Shown piece by piece: positions 46,507 to 54,575 of a stretch of 64,000 nt of DNA. Positions within the stretch are counted from its first letter, which is position 1. Every line of letters starts with the position of its first letter. A model generated the notes under the pieces. That model worked only from the letters and a program-made list of their open reading frames with translations. It was not told where the DNA came from and made no database searches. The position numbers and the translations under genes are program-made. The DNA is taken from positions 27,301-91,300 of the forward strand of contig JAILNX010000011.1 of assembly GCA_024691085.1 (NCBI GenBank), read 5' to 3'. Source of the stretch: Clostridiales bacterium (GTDB lineage Bacteria; Bacillota; Clostridia; Christensenellales; CAG-138).

Positions 46507-48912
46507 TTGAATAACATTGATGAAGAAAGCCTTCCTCTTATCGTTCTTCGCGGCGTCGTCGCGATGCCATACGTGCTTCTGAGCTTCGATACGGACAAGC
46601 CTGGAAACCTTGCCTCGATCAACGCGGTGCTCAGTTCCCACAGCCGCTTACTCGTAGTCTGCCGCAGGGAATCAGGCCGCAATAACAAAAGCGATCGTGG
46701 TTTTTACGATTTCGGCTGCATCTGTAAAATCACAAAGATAATCAAGCTGCCCGACGGTAATTCGAGGGTATTCATAGAAGGCGAAAGAAGGGTTAAGATA
46801 GGAGCTATTGTAAAGGAGTCTCCCTATATTCGCGCGTCCTACCGAGAGCTGGTCGAACCCGCCTGCCCTGCCGACGAAGCAAAGACGCTCCGTCAAATGA
46901 TCTCGCGCCGTTTCAGCAACTTCACCTACGGAAACGGGAAAGCGCTAATACGCTCCGTGATAGATTCCATCGAGGACATATCAGACGATGAACGCTACGT
47001 TTACAGCGTGGCGAACGTCGTCATGCCGAGGTTTGAGGACAGGCAGACTTTTATCGAGAACGACGACCATCAGTCGAGGTGTCTTAATCTTCTTGCGGTC
47101 ATGAGCCGCGAAGCGGAGTTTGCGAAGCTCACCCATAAGATCGAGGACGAGGTCAGAAAGCAGATAGAGAAGAATCAGCGGGAGTACTTTCTCCGCGAGC
47201 AGATACGCGCGATAAGGCGCGAGCTCGGCGAGAGCGAGCAGTCCGACGCGGACGAGTTCAGAAGAAGGCTTAAAGAGAAGAACGTTCCGGACGATATAAG
47301 GAAGCGTATTTCCCGAGAAATAGACCTTTTTTCGACATTACCCGCCGGAAGTCACGAAATGCCCTCCATGCGCGCGTTTATCGAGTGCATGCTCGATCTG
47401 CCCTTCACCGAGGAAACGAAGGACAATCTGGACGTCAAGAACGCGAGAGCCGTCCTAGACAGGGATCATTACGGACTCGAGAGGGTCAAGGAGCGGGTCC
47501 TCGAGCATCTCGCCGTGGCTCAGCTCACGGGCAAGGTCAACGGACAGATCATCTGCTTCGTAGGCCCTCCCGGCGTCGGCAAGACCTCCATCTCCTCCTC
47601 GGTCGCGGAGGCGCTCGGCCGCAAATTCGTCAGAATGAGCCTCGGAGGCATCAAGGACGAGGCTGAGATCCGCGGTCACAGGAGAACGTATATCGGCGCC
47701 ATGCCGGGCAGGATCATCGCCGCCATGCGTACGGCGGGCACGGTGAATCCGGTCATACTGTTCGACGAGATCGACAAGCTTTCGCGCGACTCCTATAACG
47801 GCGATCCCCGCGCCGCGATGCTCGAGGTGCTCGACAGCGCGCAGAACAATTCGTTCAGGGATCATTTCCTTGAAATGCCCTACGATCTCTCCAAGGTCAT
47901 GTTCATCACGACCGCGAACAGCCTTTACGACATCCCCGAACCGCTCCGCGACAGGATGGAGATAATCGAGGTGCCGAGCTATCTTGCGACCGAAAAGATC
48001 CAGATTGCCGTGCGGCATCTCGTCCCCAAGCAGCTTGAGAAGCACGGACTTACGAGATCGATGCTGTCGATCCCCGAATCGGTCGTCGCGGTGCTTATCG
48101 ACGAGTACACCCGCGAATCCGGCGTCCGCACGCTTGAAAGATACATCGCGACGGTCTGCCGCAAGGCGGCGTGCGACATTGCCGAGGGCAAAAAGCGCAT
48201 AAGAATGACGGTTTCAAAGCTCCACGAGTATCTCGGAACGCCGAAGTATTCGGGCGACGAGATTGCGGCTATGCCGGAGGTCGGTCTTGTCAACGGTCTC
48301 GCGTGGACTTCGGTCGGCGGCGAGGTGATGCAGATCGAAGCCGAGGCTATAAAGGGCTCAGGTCAGATCCAGCTTACCGGAAAGCTCGGCGACGTCATGC
48401 AGGAGAGCGCGAAGGCGGCTATCACTTATATCCGCGCGCACGCAGACGAGCTCTCGCTCTCTCCCGATTTCATGAAGGAGACCGACATACACATCCACGT
48501 TCCCGAAGGCGCCGTTCCGAAGGACGGCCCCTCCGCCGGCATCGCGCTCCTTACCGCGGCGGTGAGCGCCCTTACAGGCGTCAGCGTAAAACCGAAGATC
48601 GCCATGACGGGCGAGATCACGCTTTTGGGGCGGGTCCTCCCCATCGGCGGCCTTCGTGAAAAGCTCCTTGCCGCCCTGCGCGCGGGCGTCGATACGGTGC
48701 TCATTCCCGGGGAGAACAAAAAGGATCTTGAGGACGTCCCGTCCGATATCACAGGAAAGCTCAATATCGTCTTCGTCACAAGAGCGGAGCAGGTATTGAA
48801 GGAAGCGCTTCTGAGAAAGCCGGATGCTTCGAAAAGCGTTGATCCATGCCGAGGAGGAGTGGACATGATGATGCCAGGAACTCCCGATAACCATCCCGTT
48901 CTTCCCGCGTGA
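46507..48912 (+). CDS. lon: ATP-dependent Lon protease (LonA)
   Basis: It has a LON N-domain (LPLIVLRGVVAMPYV..), Walker A GPPGVGKTS, Walker B ILFDEIDK, and the protease Ser in PKDGPSAGIA. The start is uncertain. TTG 46507 (AAAGGAG upstream) is preferred because the track ATG 46417 lies upstream of the predicted promoter. Confidence 0.93.
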   Translation: MNNIDEESLPLIVLRGVVAMPYVLLSFDTDKPGNLASINAVLSSHSRLLVVCRRESGRNNKSDRGFYDFGCICKITKIIKLPDGNSRVFIEGERRVKIGAIVKESPYIRASYRELVEPACPADEAKTLRQMISRRFSNFTYGNGKALIRSVIDSIEDISDDERYVYSVANVVMPRFEDRQTFIENDDHQSRCLNLLAVMSREAEFAKLTHKIEDEVRKQIEKNQREYFLREQIRAIRRELGESEQSDADEFRRRLKEKNVPDDIRKRISREIDLFSTLPAGSHEMPSMRAFIECMLDLPFTEETKDNLDVKNARAVLDRDHYGLERVKERVLEHLAVAQLTGKVNGQIICFVGPPGVGKTSISSSVAEALGRKFVRMSLGGIKDEAEIRGHRRTYIGAMPGRIIAAMRTAGTVNPVILFDEIDKLSRDSYNGDPRAAMLEVLDSAQNNSFRDHFLEMPYDLSKVMFITTANSLYDIPEPLRDRMEIIEVPSYLATEKIQIAVRHLVPKQLEKHGLTRSMLSIPESVVAVLIDEYTRESGVRTLERYIATVCRKAACDIAEGKKRIRMTVSKLHEYLGTPKYSGDEIAAMPEVGLVNGLAWTSVGGEVMQIEAEAIKGSGQIQLTGKLGDVMQESAKAAITYIRAHADELSLSPDFMKETDIHIHVPEGAVPKDGPSAGIALLTAAVSALTGVSVKPKIAMTGEITLLGRVLPIGGLREKLLAALRAGVDTVLIPGENKKDLEDVPSDITGKLNIVFVTRAEQVLKEALLRKPDASKSVDPCRGGVDMMMPGTPDNHPVLPA

Positions 48913-48932
48913 TGTAATAAAAACAAACTGTA

Positions 48933-48963
48933 AAGCCCGTTGTTTTCAAAAAACAGCGGGCTT
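48933..48963 (+). terminator. hairpin after lon (no clear U-tract)
   Basis: aagcccgttgtttt (48933-48946) / aaaacagcgggctt (48950-48963) with one G-U pair. The downstream sequence is A-rich, so intrinsic termination is uncertain. Confidence 0.4.
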
Positions 48964-48994
48964 AAAATATATCCCAGTATAAAGGTCGGAATTA

Positions 48995-49023
48995 TTGACA
49001 AACTTATACCGTGATGTTATAAT
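48995..49023 (+). promoter_or_regulatory. consensus sigma-A promoter for the Rrf2-nifS-nifU operon
   Basis: TTGACA (48995-49000), 17-nt spacer ending tgt, TATAAT (49018-49023). Confidence 0.8.
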
Positions 49024-49053
49024 CACAATACCAAGTTAAAAGGTAGGAATTAA

Positions 49054-49488
49054 ATGAAGCTTTCGACGAAAGGCAGATACGGGTTAAAAGCGACGGTCGA
49101 TATCGCTATGGAATACGGCAAGAGCAGACTGTCCGTGAATCAGCTTGCGTTAAAGCAAGGCATCAGCGAGGCTTATCTCGAGCAGCTGATCGCCTCGCTC
49201 AAGAAGGCGGGCATACTCGATTCCGCCCGCGGTTCCGCCGGAGGGTACACTCTCTCCCGTCCCCCTGAGGAGATCAGCGTCGGCGAGGTTCTGAGGGCTC
49301 TTGAGGGAACTACAGCCCTTATCGACTGCGTCGGTACTAAGGGCACCGACTGCGGAAACGTGTGCTCCTGCTCCGCGAGGCCCCTTTGGCTTAAGCTTCA
49401 GAAGAGGATCGACGACGTCCTCAACACGACGACGATAAAGGATATGGCTGACGATTATTCGGCTCAGCTGGAAAGGAACAATAAATGA
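49054..49488 (+). CDS. Rrf2 family transcriptional regulator (IscR/CymR-like, Cys-cluster containing)
   Basis: 144 aa. It has an N-terminal wHTH (MKLSTKGRYGLKATVDIA..) and a Cys cluster CVGTKGTDCGNVCSC suited to Fe-S ligation. Confidence 0.88.
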   Translation: MKLSTKGRYGLKATVDIAMEYGKSRLSVNQLALKQGISEAYLEQLIASLKKAGILDSARGSAGGYTLSRPPEEISVGEVLRALEGTTALIDCVGTKGTDCGNVCSCSARPLWLKLQKRIDDVLNTTTIKDMADDYSAQLERNNK

Positions 49489-50645
49489 AAAGAGTTTATC
49501 TGGACAACGCCGCGACCACAAGGCTGGTCCCCGAGGTGCTTGAGGCGATGATGCCTTACATGACCGAGATCTACGGCAATCCGTCAAGCCCGCATTACTT
49601 CGGTCAGCAGGCCGGAATGGCCGTCGACAAGGCGCGCGCGCAGGTTGCCAAGGCGATCAACGCGGAATCGGGTGAGATAATTTTCACCAGCGGCGGCTCA
49701 GAGGCCGACAACACCGCCATCCGCGGCATTGCCGAGCGTTATAAAAACCGCGGCAGGCATATCATCACCACCGCAGTCGAGCATCACGCGGTGCTTCACA
49801 CCTGCCAGCTCCTCGAGAAGCAGGGATACGAGGTAACCTACCTCCCCGTCGACGAATACGGCATGGTCACGGCTGAGCAGGTGAAAAACGCCATCCGTCC
49901 GGATACCGTTCTCGTAACGATCATGTTCGCTAACAACGAGGTCGGCACGGTGATGCCGATCGCCGAGATCGGCAAACTCTGCCGCGAGAAAGGCGTCTTC
50001 TTCCACACCGACGCCGTACAGGCGGTCGGACATCTGCCCATCGACGTCAAGGAGATGAACATCGATCTTCTGTCGATGTCGGCTCACAAGTTCCACGGCC
50101 CGAAGGGCATCGGATGCCTTTACGTAAGAAAAGGGATCATTATTCCCGCTCTTATCGCCGGCGGCGCGCAGGAGAAGAACAGGCGCGCCGGAACCGAGAA
50201 CGTTCCCGGCATTGTCGGCATGGGCAAGGCGATAGAGCTTGCGTGCACCGATCTTGAGCAGAAGGCCGAAAAGATCAGAACTCTCCGCGACAAGCTGATC
50301 CGCGAGATCCCGAAGCTCATTCCCGAGGTCAAGCTCAACGGTCATCCGACTATAAGGCTTCCGAACAACGTCAACTTCTCGATCAAGTACATCGAGGGCG
50401 AATCCATCCTGCTCATGCTCGATCTTAACGGCATAGCGGCGTCGAGCGGCTCCGCCTGCACGAGCGGCTCGCTCGATCCGAGTCACGTTCTGCTTGCGAT
50501 GGGACTTACCCACGAGGTCGCGCACGGCTCGCTCCGCATGACTTTGAGCGACGAGACCACCGAGGAAGATATCGATTACGTTTTAGAGGTGCTCCCCAAG
50601 GTCGCCGAGAGGCTCCGCAAGATGTCGCCTTTGTATCACGAATAA
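49485..50645 (+). CDS. nifS: cysteine desulfurase (NifS/IscS type)
   Basis: 386 aa with PLP-lysine context SAHKFHGPKG and active-site Cys in SSGSACTS. Confidence 0.93.
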   Translation: MKRVYLDNAATTRLVPEVLEAMMPYMTEIYGNPSSPHYFGQQAGMAVDKARAQVAKAINAESGEIIFTSGGSEADNTAIRGIAERYKNRGRHIITTAVEHHAVLHTCQLLEKQGYEVTYLPVDEYGMVTAEQVKNAIRPDTVLVTIMFANNEVGTVMPIAEIGKLCREKGVFFHTDAVQAVGHLPIDVKEMNIDLLSMSAHKFHGPKGIGCLYVRKGIIIPALIAGGAQEKNRRAGTENVPGIVGMGKAIELACTDLEQKAEKIRTLRDKLIREIPKLIPEVKLNGHPTIRLPNNVNFSIKYIEGESILLMLDLNGIAASSGSACTSGSLDPSHVLLAMGLTHEVAHGSLRMTLSDETTEEDIDYVLEVLPKVAERLRKMSPLYHE

Positions 50646-50658
50646 GGAGGAAAAAGCT

Positions 50659-51042
50659 ATGTATTCCGAAAAAGTATTGGATCATTTCCAGAACCCCCGC
50701 AACATGGGTGAGATAGAGAACTATAATGGCATGGGCATGGTCGGCAACGCCAAATGCGGCGACATCATGCAGATGTTCATCAGGGTCAACGACGACGGCA
50801 TCATCGAGGACGTCGGCTTCAAGACATTCGGCTGCGGCGCCGCCGTCGCGACGAGCTCCATGGCTACCGAGATGATAAAGGGCAAATCCATCGACGAGGC
50901 GCTTAAGCTCTCGAACTCCGCCGTCGTTGAGGCGCTCGAGGGACTTCCCCCCGTCAAGATCCACTGCTCCGTTCTCGCCGAGGAAGCGGTAAAGGCCGCC
51001 GTCGACGATTATTACAAGAGAAAAGCCGAAAAGAAAGACTGA
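50659..51042 (+). CDS. nifU: Fe-S cluster assembly scaffold (NifU N-terminal/IscU type)
   Basis: 127 aa with three ligand Cys contexts: GNAKCGD, FGCGAA and IHCS. Confidence 0.93.
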   Translation: MYSEKVLDHFQNPRNMGEIENYNGMGMVGNAKCGDIMQMFIRVNDDGIIEDVGFKTFGCGAAVATSSMATEMIKGKSIDEALKLSNSAVVEALEGLPPVKIHCSVLAEEAVKAAVDDYYKRKAEKKD

Positions 51043-51048
51043 CACTTT

Positions 51049-51936
51049 ATGCCGGATCTTAAACCGTTTACATATCAAGCAATGGCCGACATCCGGCCGT
51101 TGCTTGATATGCAGTCATACAGGACCTGCGATTATACAGTCGGAGGTCTTTATATGTGGAGGGACTACTTCGATCAGCGTTTCGCGATCGAGGACGGAAT
51201 GCTTTTCCAGACTGCCGAATACCTTGACAAAGGGACATGCTTTGCCGTGCCCGTCGGAAGCGGCGATTTTAAAAATGCAGTGCTGAAAATAAAGGAATAC
51301 TGCGAAAAAGCAGGCATTCCTTTAACGTTCTGCTGCGTTACCGAAAAGGGGCTTTCAGAGCTTAAAAATATTATGGGAGAGCCTCGCTCCGTAACCGAGT
51401 ACCGCGATTGGGCGGATTATCTTTATCCCTATGAAAACTTCCTTGGGTATCATGGGAAGAAGCTCGTTACACCGAGGAACCACTGCAACAGATTCATGAG
51501 GGAGTTCCCCGATTTCGTGTACGAGCCCATCGATGAAACGAACGTCGCGCATGCGAAGGGATTCCTTACCGAGAACGCTCCCGCGCTTGAAAAAGCCGCT
51601 CCGCTCGCGAAGGAGGAATACGTCCGCGCTGTCGAGATAATGGATCATTTGGCGCGGTTCGGATTCACCGGCGGGATGCTTTCGGTGAACGGCAAGATCG
51701 TCGGAGTGACCGTGGGCGAGGCCGTCGGCGACACGCTTTACGTCCATATAGAAAAAGCGCTCCGTGAATACAGCGGCGCCTACCCCATGCTCGCGTCGCT
51801 CTACGCCGGGCAGAACAAAAGCGAGAAACTCCTGTTTATAAACCGCGAGGACGATTCGGGCGACCCTGGATTGAGAAGGTCGAAGACCGAGTATCATCCG
51901 TCGGATATCATTATGAAATACGTTGTCGAGTATTAA
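51049..51936 (+). CDS. DUF2156-like protein (MprF C-terminal / GNAT-fold family candidate)
   Basis: 295 aa, starting 6 nt after nifU. The N-terminal ..CDYTVGGLYMWRDYFDQRFAIEDGMLF.. resembles stand-alone homologs of the lysyl-phosphatidylglycerol synthase domain. The family call is from memory of the motif only. Confidence 0.5.
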   Translation: MPDLKPFTYQAMADIRPLLDMQSYRTCDYTVGGLYMWRDYFDQRFAIEDGMLFQTAEYLDKGTCFAVPVGSGDFKNAVLKIKEYCEKAGIPLTFCCVTEKGLSELKNIMGEPRSVTEYRDWADYLYPYENFLGYHGKKLVTPRNHCNRFMREFPDFVYEPIDETNVAHAKGFLTENAPALEKAAPLAKEEYVRAVEIMDHLARFGFTGGMLSVNGKIVGVTVGEAVGDTLYVHIEKALREYSGAYPMLASLYAGQNKSEKLLFINREDDSGDPGLRRSKTEYHPSDIIMKYVVEY

Positions 51937-51937
51937 A

Positions 51938-51966
51938 TAAAAGCTCCGGTAACCGGAGCTTTTTTT
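51938..51966. terminator. bidirectional rho-independent terminator
   Basis: agctccgg (51942-51949) / ccggagct (51953-51960), followed by tttttt and preceded by aaaa. Confidence 0.75.
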
Positions 51967-52748
51967 CATTGGCCCATTGCCTTGTGAATATTCTCGTTAT
52001 GCTCGACGTCCGGAAGGTTGCCTACGTGGGAGAGGCTCCCGTCGAAGAATACGCACACGTGCCCGCGCATGCCGTTGTCGCTTATCGCGTCGGAGCCGTG
52101 CGGCCAGCACTGGATCGAAGCCGCGATCTCCTGACCGTTTATCACCACAACTACCGGGCGCTTAAGATAATTGTATTCCTTGCCGCAGATCTTCATGAAC
52201 TCGTTCATGGCGTCCTGCGAGACCGGCTCCATCTCGGCGTGGTTTTCGCCGCCTATGAAAATGAGCCTTAGCTCATACCCCGTATAGCAGTCGATGATCC
52301 TGTACTCGGTATTCGGCGTGAGCGTCTGCACGACGCTGCTCCATGACACGAGCCCGCCCGTTTTCGCGAGCGTCATAGCCCCGTGCTTCGGGCCGGCGGG
52401 TATCGAGATGCCGCTTAGGCTCGAACGGAGCGCCTCGTACCTGAACAGAAGCTCTATCGACTGATCGCCCATCCTGCCGTCGACCTGCATCTCGTAACCT
52501 GAATCGCGGCAGTTGGTCTGGAACGCCTTTACCGCGTCGACGGTCATGGATTTATAGGAACCCGTCGGCTTGAAGTTAAGATAGCCGAGCTCCCTCAAAC
52601 GCATCTGGATCCTTACGACCGCGGAGCCTACGGAGGATTTCGCGTAAATCGGCCCGGGCGAAGGCGCTGCAAATACCGGGTCGTAGCCGGAAAGGCACAG
52701 CGACACGCCTATGATCGATATGAGCAATACCGCGATCAGCTTCTTCAT
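51966..52748 (-). CDS. secreted protein with peptidoglycan-binding (PG_binding_1-like) domain
   Basis: I moved the start to ATG 52748. MKKLIAVLLISIIGVSLCLSG..VFAAP is a signal peptide. ..GSAVVRIQMRLRELGYL..TGSYKSMTVDAVKAFQ is a PG-binding repeat. The C-terminal domain is unassigned. Confidence 0.65.
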   Translation of the reverse strand: MKKLIAVLLISIIGVSLCLSGYDPVFAAPSPGPIYAKSSVGSAVVRIQMRLRELGYLNFKPTGSYKSMTVDAVKAFQTNCRDSGYEMQVDGRMGDQSIELLFRYEALRSSLSGISIPAGPKHGAMTLAKTGGLVSWSSVVQTLTPNTEYRIIDCYTGYELRLIFIGGENHAEMEPVSQDAMNEFMKICGKEYNYLKRPVVVVINGQEIAASIQCWPHGSDAISDNGMRGHVCVFFDGSLSHVGNLPDVEHNENIHKAMGQ

Positions 52749-52874
52749 ATCCTTTAGTATACCACATTTTCCCGAAAATGTCATCCGTCATAAAAAAATC
52801 GCTTAATTTGGTTTTATGCTATGGAAAAAATGCAAAGAATGTACTATAATGGTATCAGTGAACGGAGGTTTCAT

Positions 52875-53474
52875 ATGCGGCATATTCCCAACATTTTAAG
52901 CTGTCTGCGCGTACTGATGGTCGTTGCTTTTATAATCCTGTTTATAAAACAGCAGTACACCGTCTGTCTTATTCTTTATATCCTCGCTTTCTTAACGGAC
53001 ATTCTTGACGGCTATCTTGCGAGAAAGTTCAACTGGGTCTCGAACTTCGGAAAGCTCGTCGATCCGTTCGCGGATAAGTTCATGCTGATCTCCGCACTCG
53101 CCTGTCTTTTCTTTATAGGCGAGTTCCCCCTCTATCTCCTTATCGTGCTTCTTGTCAAGGAACTTCTGATGGTCGTCGGCGGCATTATCCTTTTAAAGAA
53201 AAGGAAGGTCGCCGTATATGCCGATATGTGGGGAAAAGCCGCGACAGGTCTGTTCTTCGCGTCGGTCACGCTTACGCTCGTTAATCTTGTGCTCGCGTCC
53301 AACAACCTTCCCTACATACCCAAATGGATCCTTACGATCCTCTATATCGCCGCTATCGCGATCAGCGTGTTCTCGCTCTTCCACTACGCATATCTCGGCG
53401 GATTCATAGGAAAAAAGTACCGTAAAGTGAACGCCTACGAGCAGCGCGAGCTGGAAAAGCCAAAAGAAGAGTAA
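52875..53474 (+). CDS. pgsA: CDP-diacylglycerol--glycerol-3-phosphate 3-phosphatidyltransferase
   Basis: I moved the start to ATG 52875 (GGAGG 8 nt upstream). The CDP-alcohol phosphatidyltransferase motif is DILDGYLARKFNWVSNFGKLVDPFADK. The protein is multi-TM. Confidence 0.9.
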   Translation: MRHIPNILSCLRVLMVVAFIILFIKQQYTVCLILYILAFLTDILDGYLARKFNWVSNFGKLVDPFADKFMLISALACLFFIGEFPLYLLIVLLVKELLMVVGGIILLKKRKVAVYADMWGKAATGLFFASVTLTLVNLVLASNNLPYIPKWILTILYIAAIAISVFSLFHYAYLGGFIGKKYRKVNAYEQRELEKPKEE

Positions 53475-53530
53475 ACAAAAACAGAATAACCCGAATAGTA
53501 TAGAGCAGCAAATCTTTTTGGAGGTATTTA

Positions 53531-54544
53531 ATGAAAAGAGTTGTTGCTTTTATTATATCCCTTTTTGTCCTCGTATCGGCCCTTGCGTTCCTGCCGGGGT
53601 GCGTCAGGAATGACACAGGGTTAAGGAAGATCGTTCTTAACGAGGTAACGCGGTCGGTCTTCTATGCTCCGCTCTATGTCGCCGATTCGATGGGGTTCTT
53701 CAAGGAAGAAGGGCTCGAGCTTGAGATAGTGACCGGCGGCGGCTCCGACGCGAGCATGACGGCGCTCCTCGCGGGCGAAGCGGACTTCGCGCTGATGGGC
53801 CCAGAGACAGGCGTATACGTCATCAACGAGGGCAAGGAAAACCATCCCATGATAATCGGCCAGCTGACCAAGAGGGACGGATCGTTCCTTCTCGGCAGGG
53901 AAAAGACAGACGAGTTCTCGTGGGATATGCTCAATGGCAAGACAGTTATCGGCGGCAGGGTCGGCGGTATGCCCTATATGACGCTGATGTACGTCATGAA
54001 CAAGCACGGTCTCATCCCCGGTGAGAACGTCGAGGTCAACAGCAGTATCCAGTTTAACCTTATGGGCGGAGCGTTCGAAGCCGGAACCGGCGATTTCGTA
54101 ACGCTTTTCGAGCCGACTGCCACGCAGTTTCAGAATAACGGCAAGGGCTATATCCTTGCGAACATCGGTCTTGAATCCGGTGAGGTCCCCTATACCGCAT
54201 TTATGACGAGGCAGGAGACCATAAAGAACGACCCCGAGCTGGTCGCGAAGTTCATAAGAGCCATAGCGAGAGCGCAGAAATGGGTCATGACCGCAAGCGA
54301 CAATGAGATTGCGAAAGCGATGCAGCCTTACTTCCCCGACACGGATATTCCGACGCTGGAGATCGTAGCAAAGAGCTACCGCGAGACGGACTCCTGGATG
54401 CAGACGCCGGTAATGACGGAAGAGGCGTTCGGGCGGCTCCTCGATATAATGGATTTCAACAACGTGCTTTCAAAGAGAGTCGATTTCAAAGAGCTTGTCG
54501 ACAACAGCTTTGCCGAACAGGTTTTAAGAGAAATGAATAAATAA
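53531..54544 (+). CDS. lipoprotein, NMT1/THI5-like (SsuA/TauA-type) ABC substrate-binding protein
   Basis: 337 aa with a signal plus lipobox (..ALAFLPGC). ..YAPLYVADSMGFFKEEGLELEIV..GG.. is typical of aliphatic sulfonate/HMP-type binding proteins. No permease or ATPase gene is adjacent. Confidence 0.7.
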   Translation: MKRVVAFIISLFVLVSALAFLPGCVRNDTGLRKIVLNEVTRSVFYAPLYVADSMGFFKEEGLELEIVTGGGSDASMTALLAGEADFALMGPETGVYVINEGKENHPMIIGQLTKRDGSFLLGREKTDEFSWDMLNGKTVIGGRVGGMPYMTLMYVMNKHGLIPGENVEVNSSIQFNLMGGAFEAGTGDFVTLFEPTATQFQNNGKGYILANIGLESGEVPYTAFMTRQETIKNDPELVAKFIRAIARAQKWVMTASDNEIAKAMQPYFPDTDIPTLEIVAKSYRETDSWMQTPVMTEEAFGRLLDIMDFNNVLSKRVDFKELVDNSFAEQVLREMNK

Positions 54545-54549
54545 ATTAA

Positions 54550-54569
54550 GGGGCCTCATCCGAGGCCCT
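54550..54569. terminator. short GC hairpin between the SBP gene and glycerate kinase gene
   Basis: gggcctc (54551-54557) / gaggccc (54562-54568) with a 4-nt loop and AT-rich flanks on both sides. Confidence 0.5.
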
Positions 54570-54575
54570 ATTAAA

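Noticed and set aside
46378-46641. 87-aa minus-strand ORF in the def-lon divergent region
   Set aside because: It overlaps the lon promoter and 5' coding region, with no RBS or motif. The region is better explained by the two divergent promoters.
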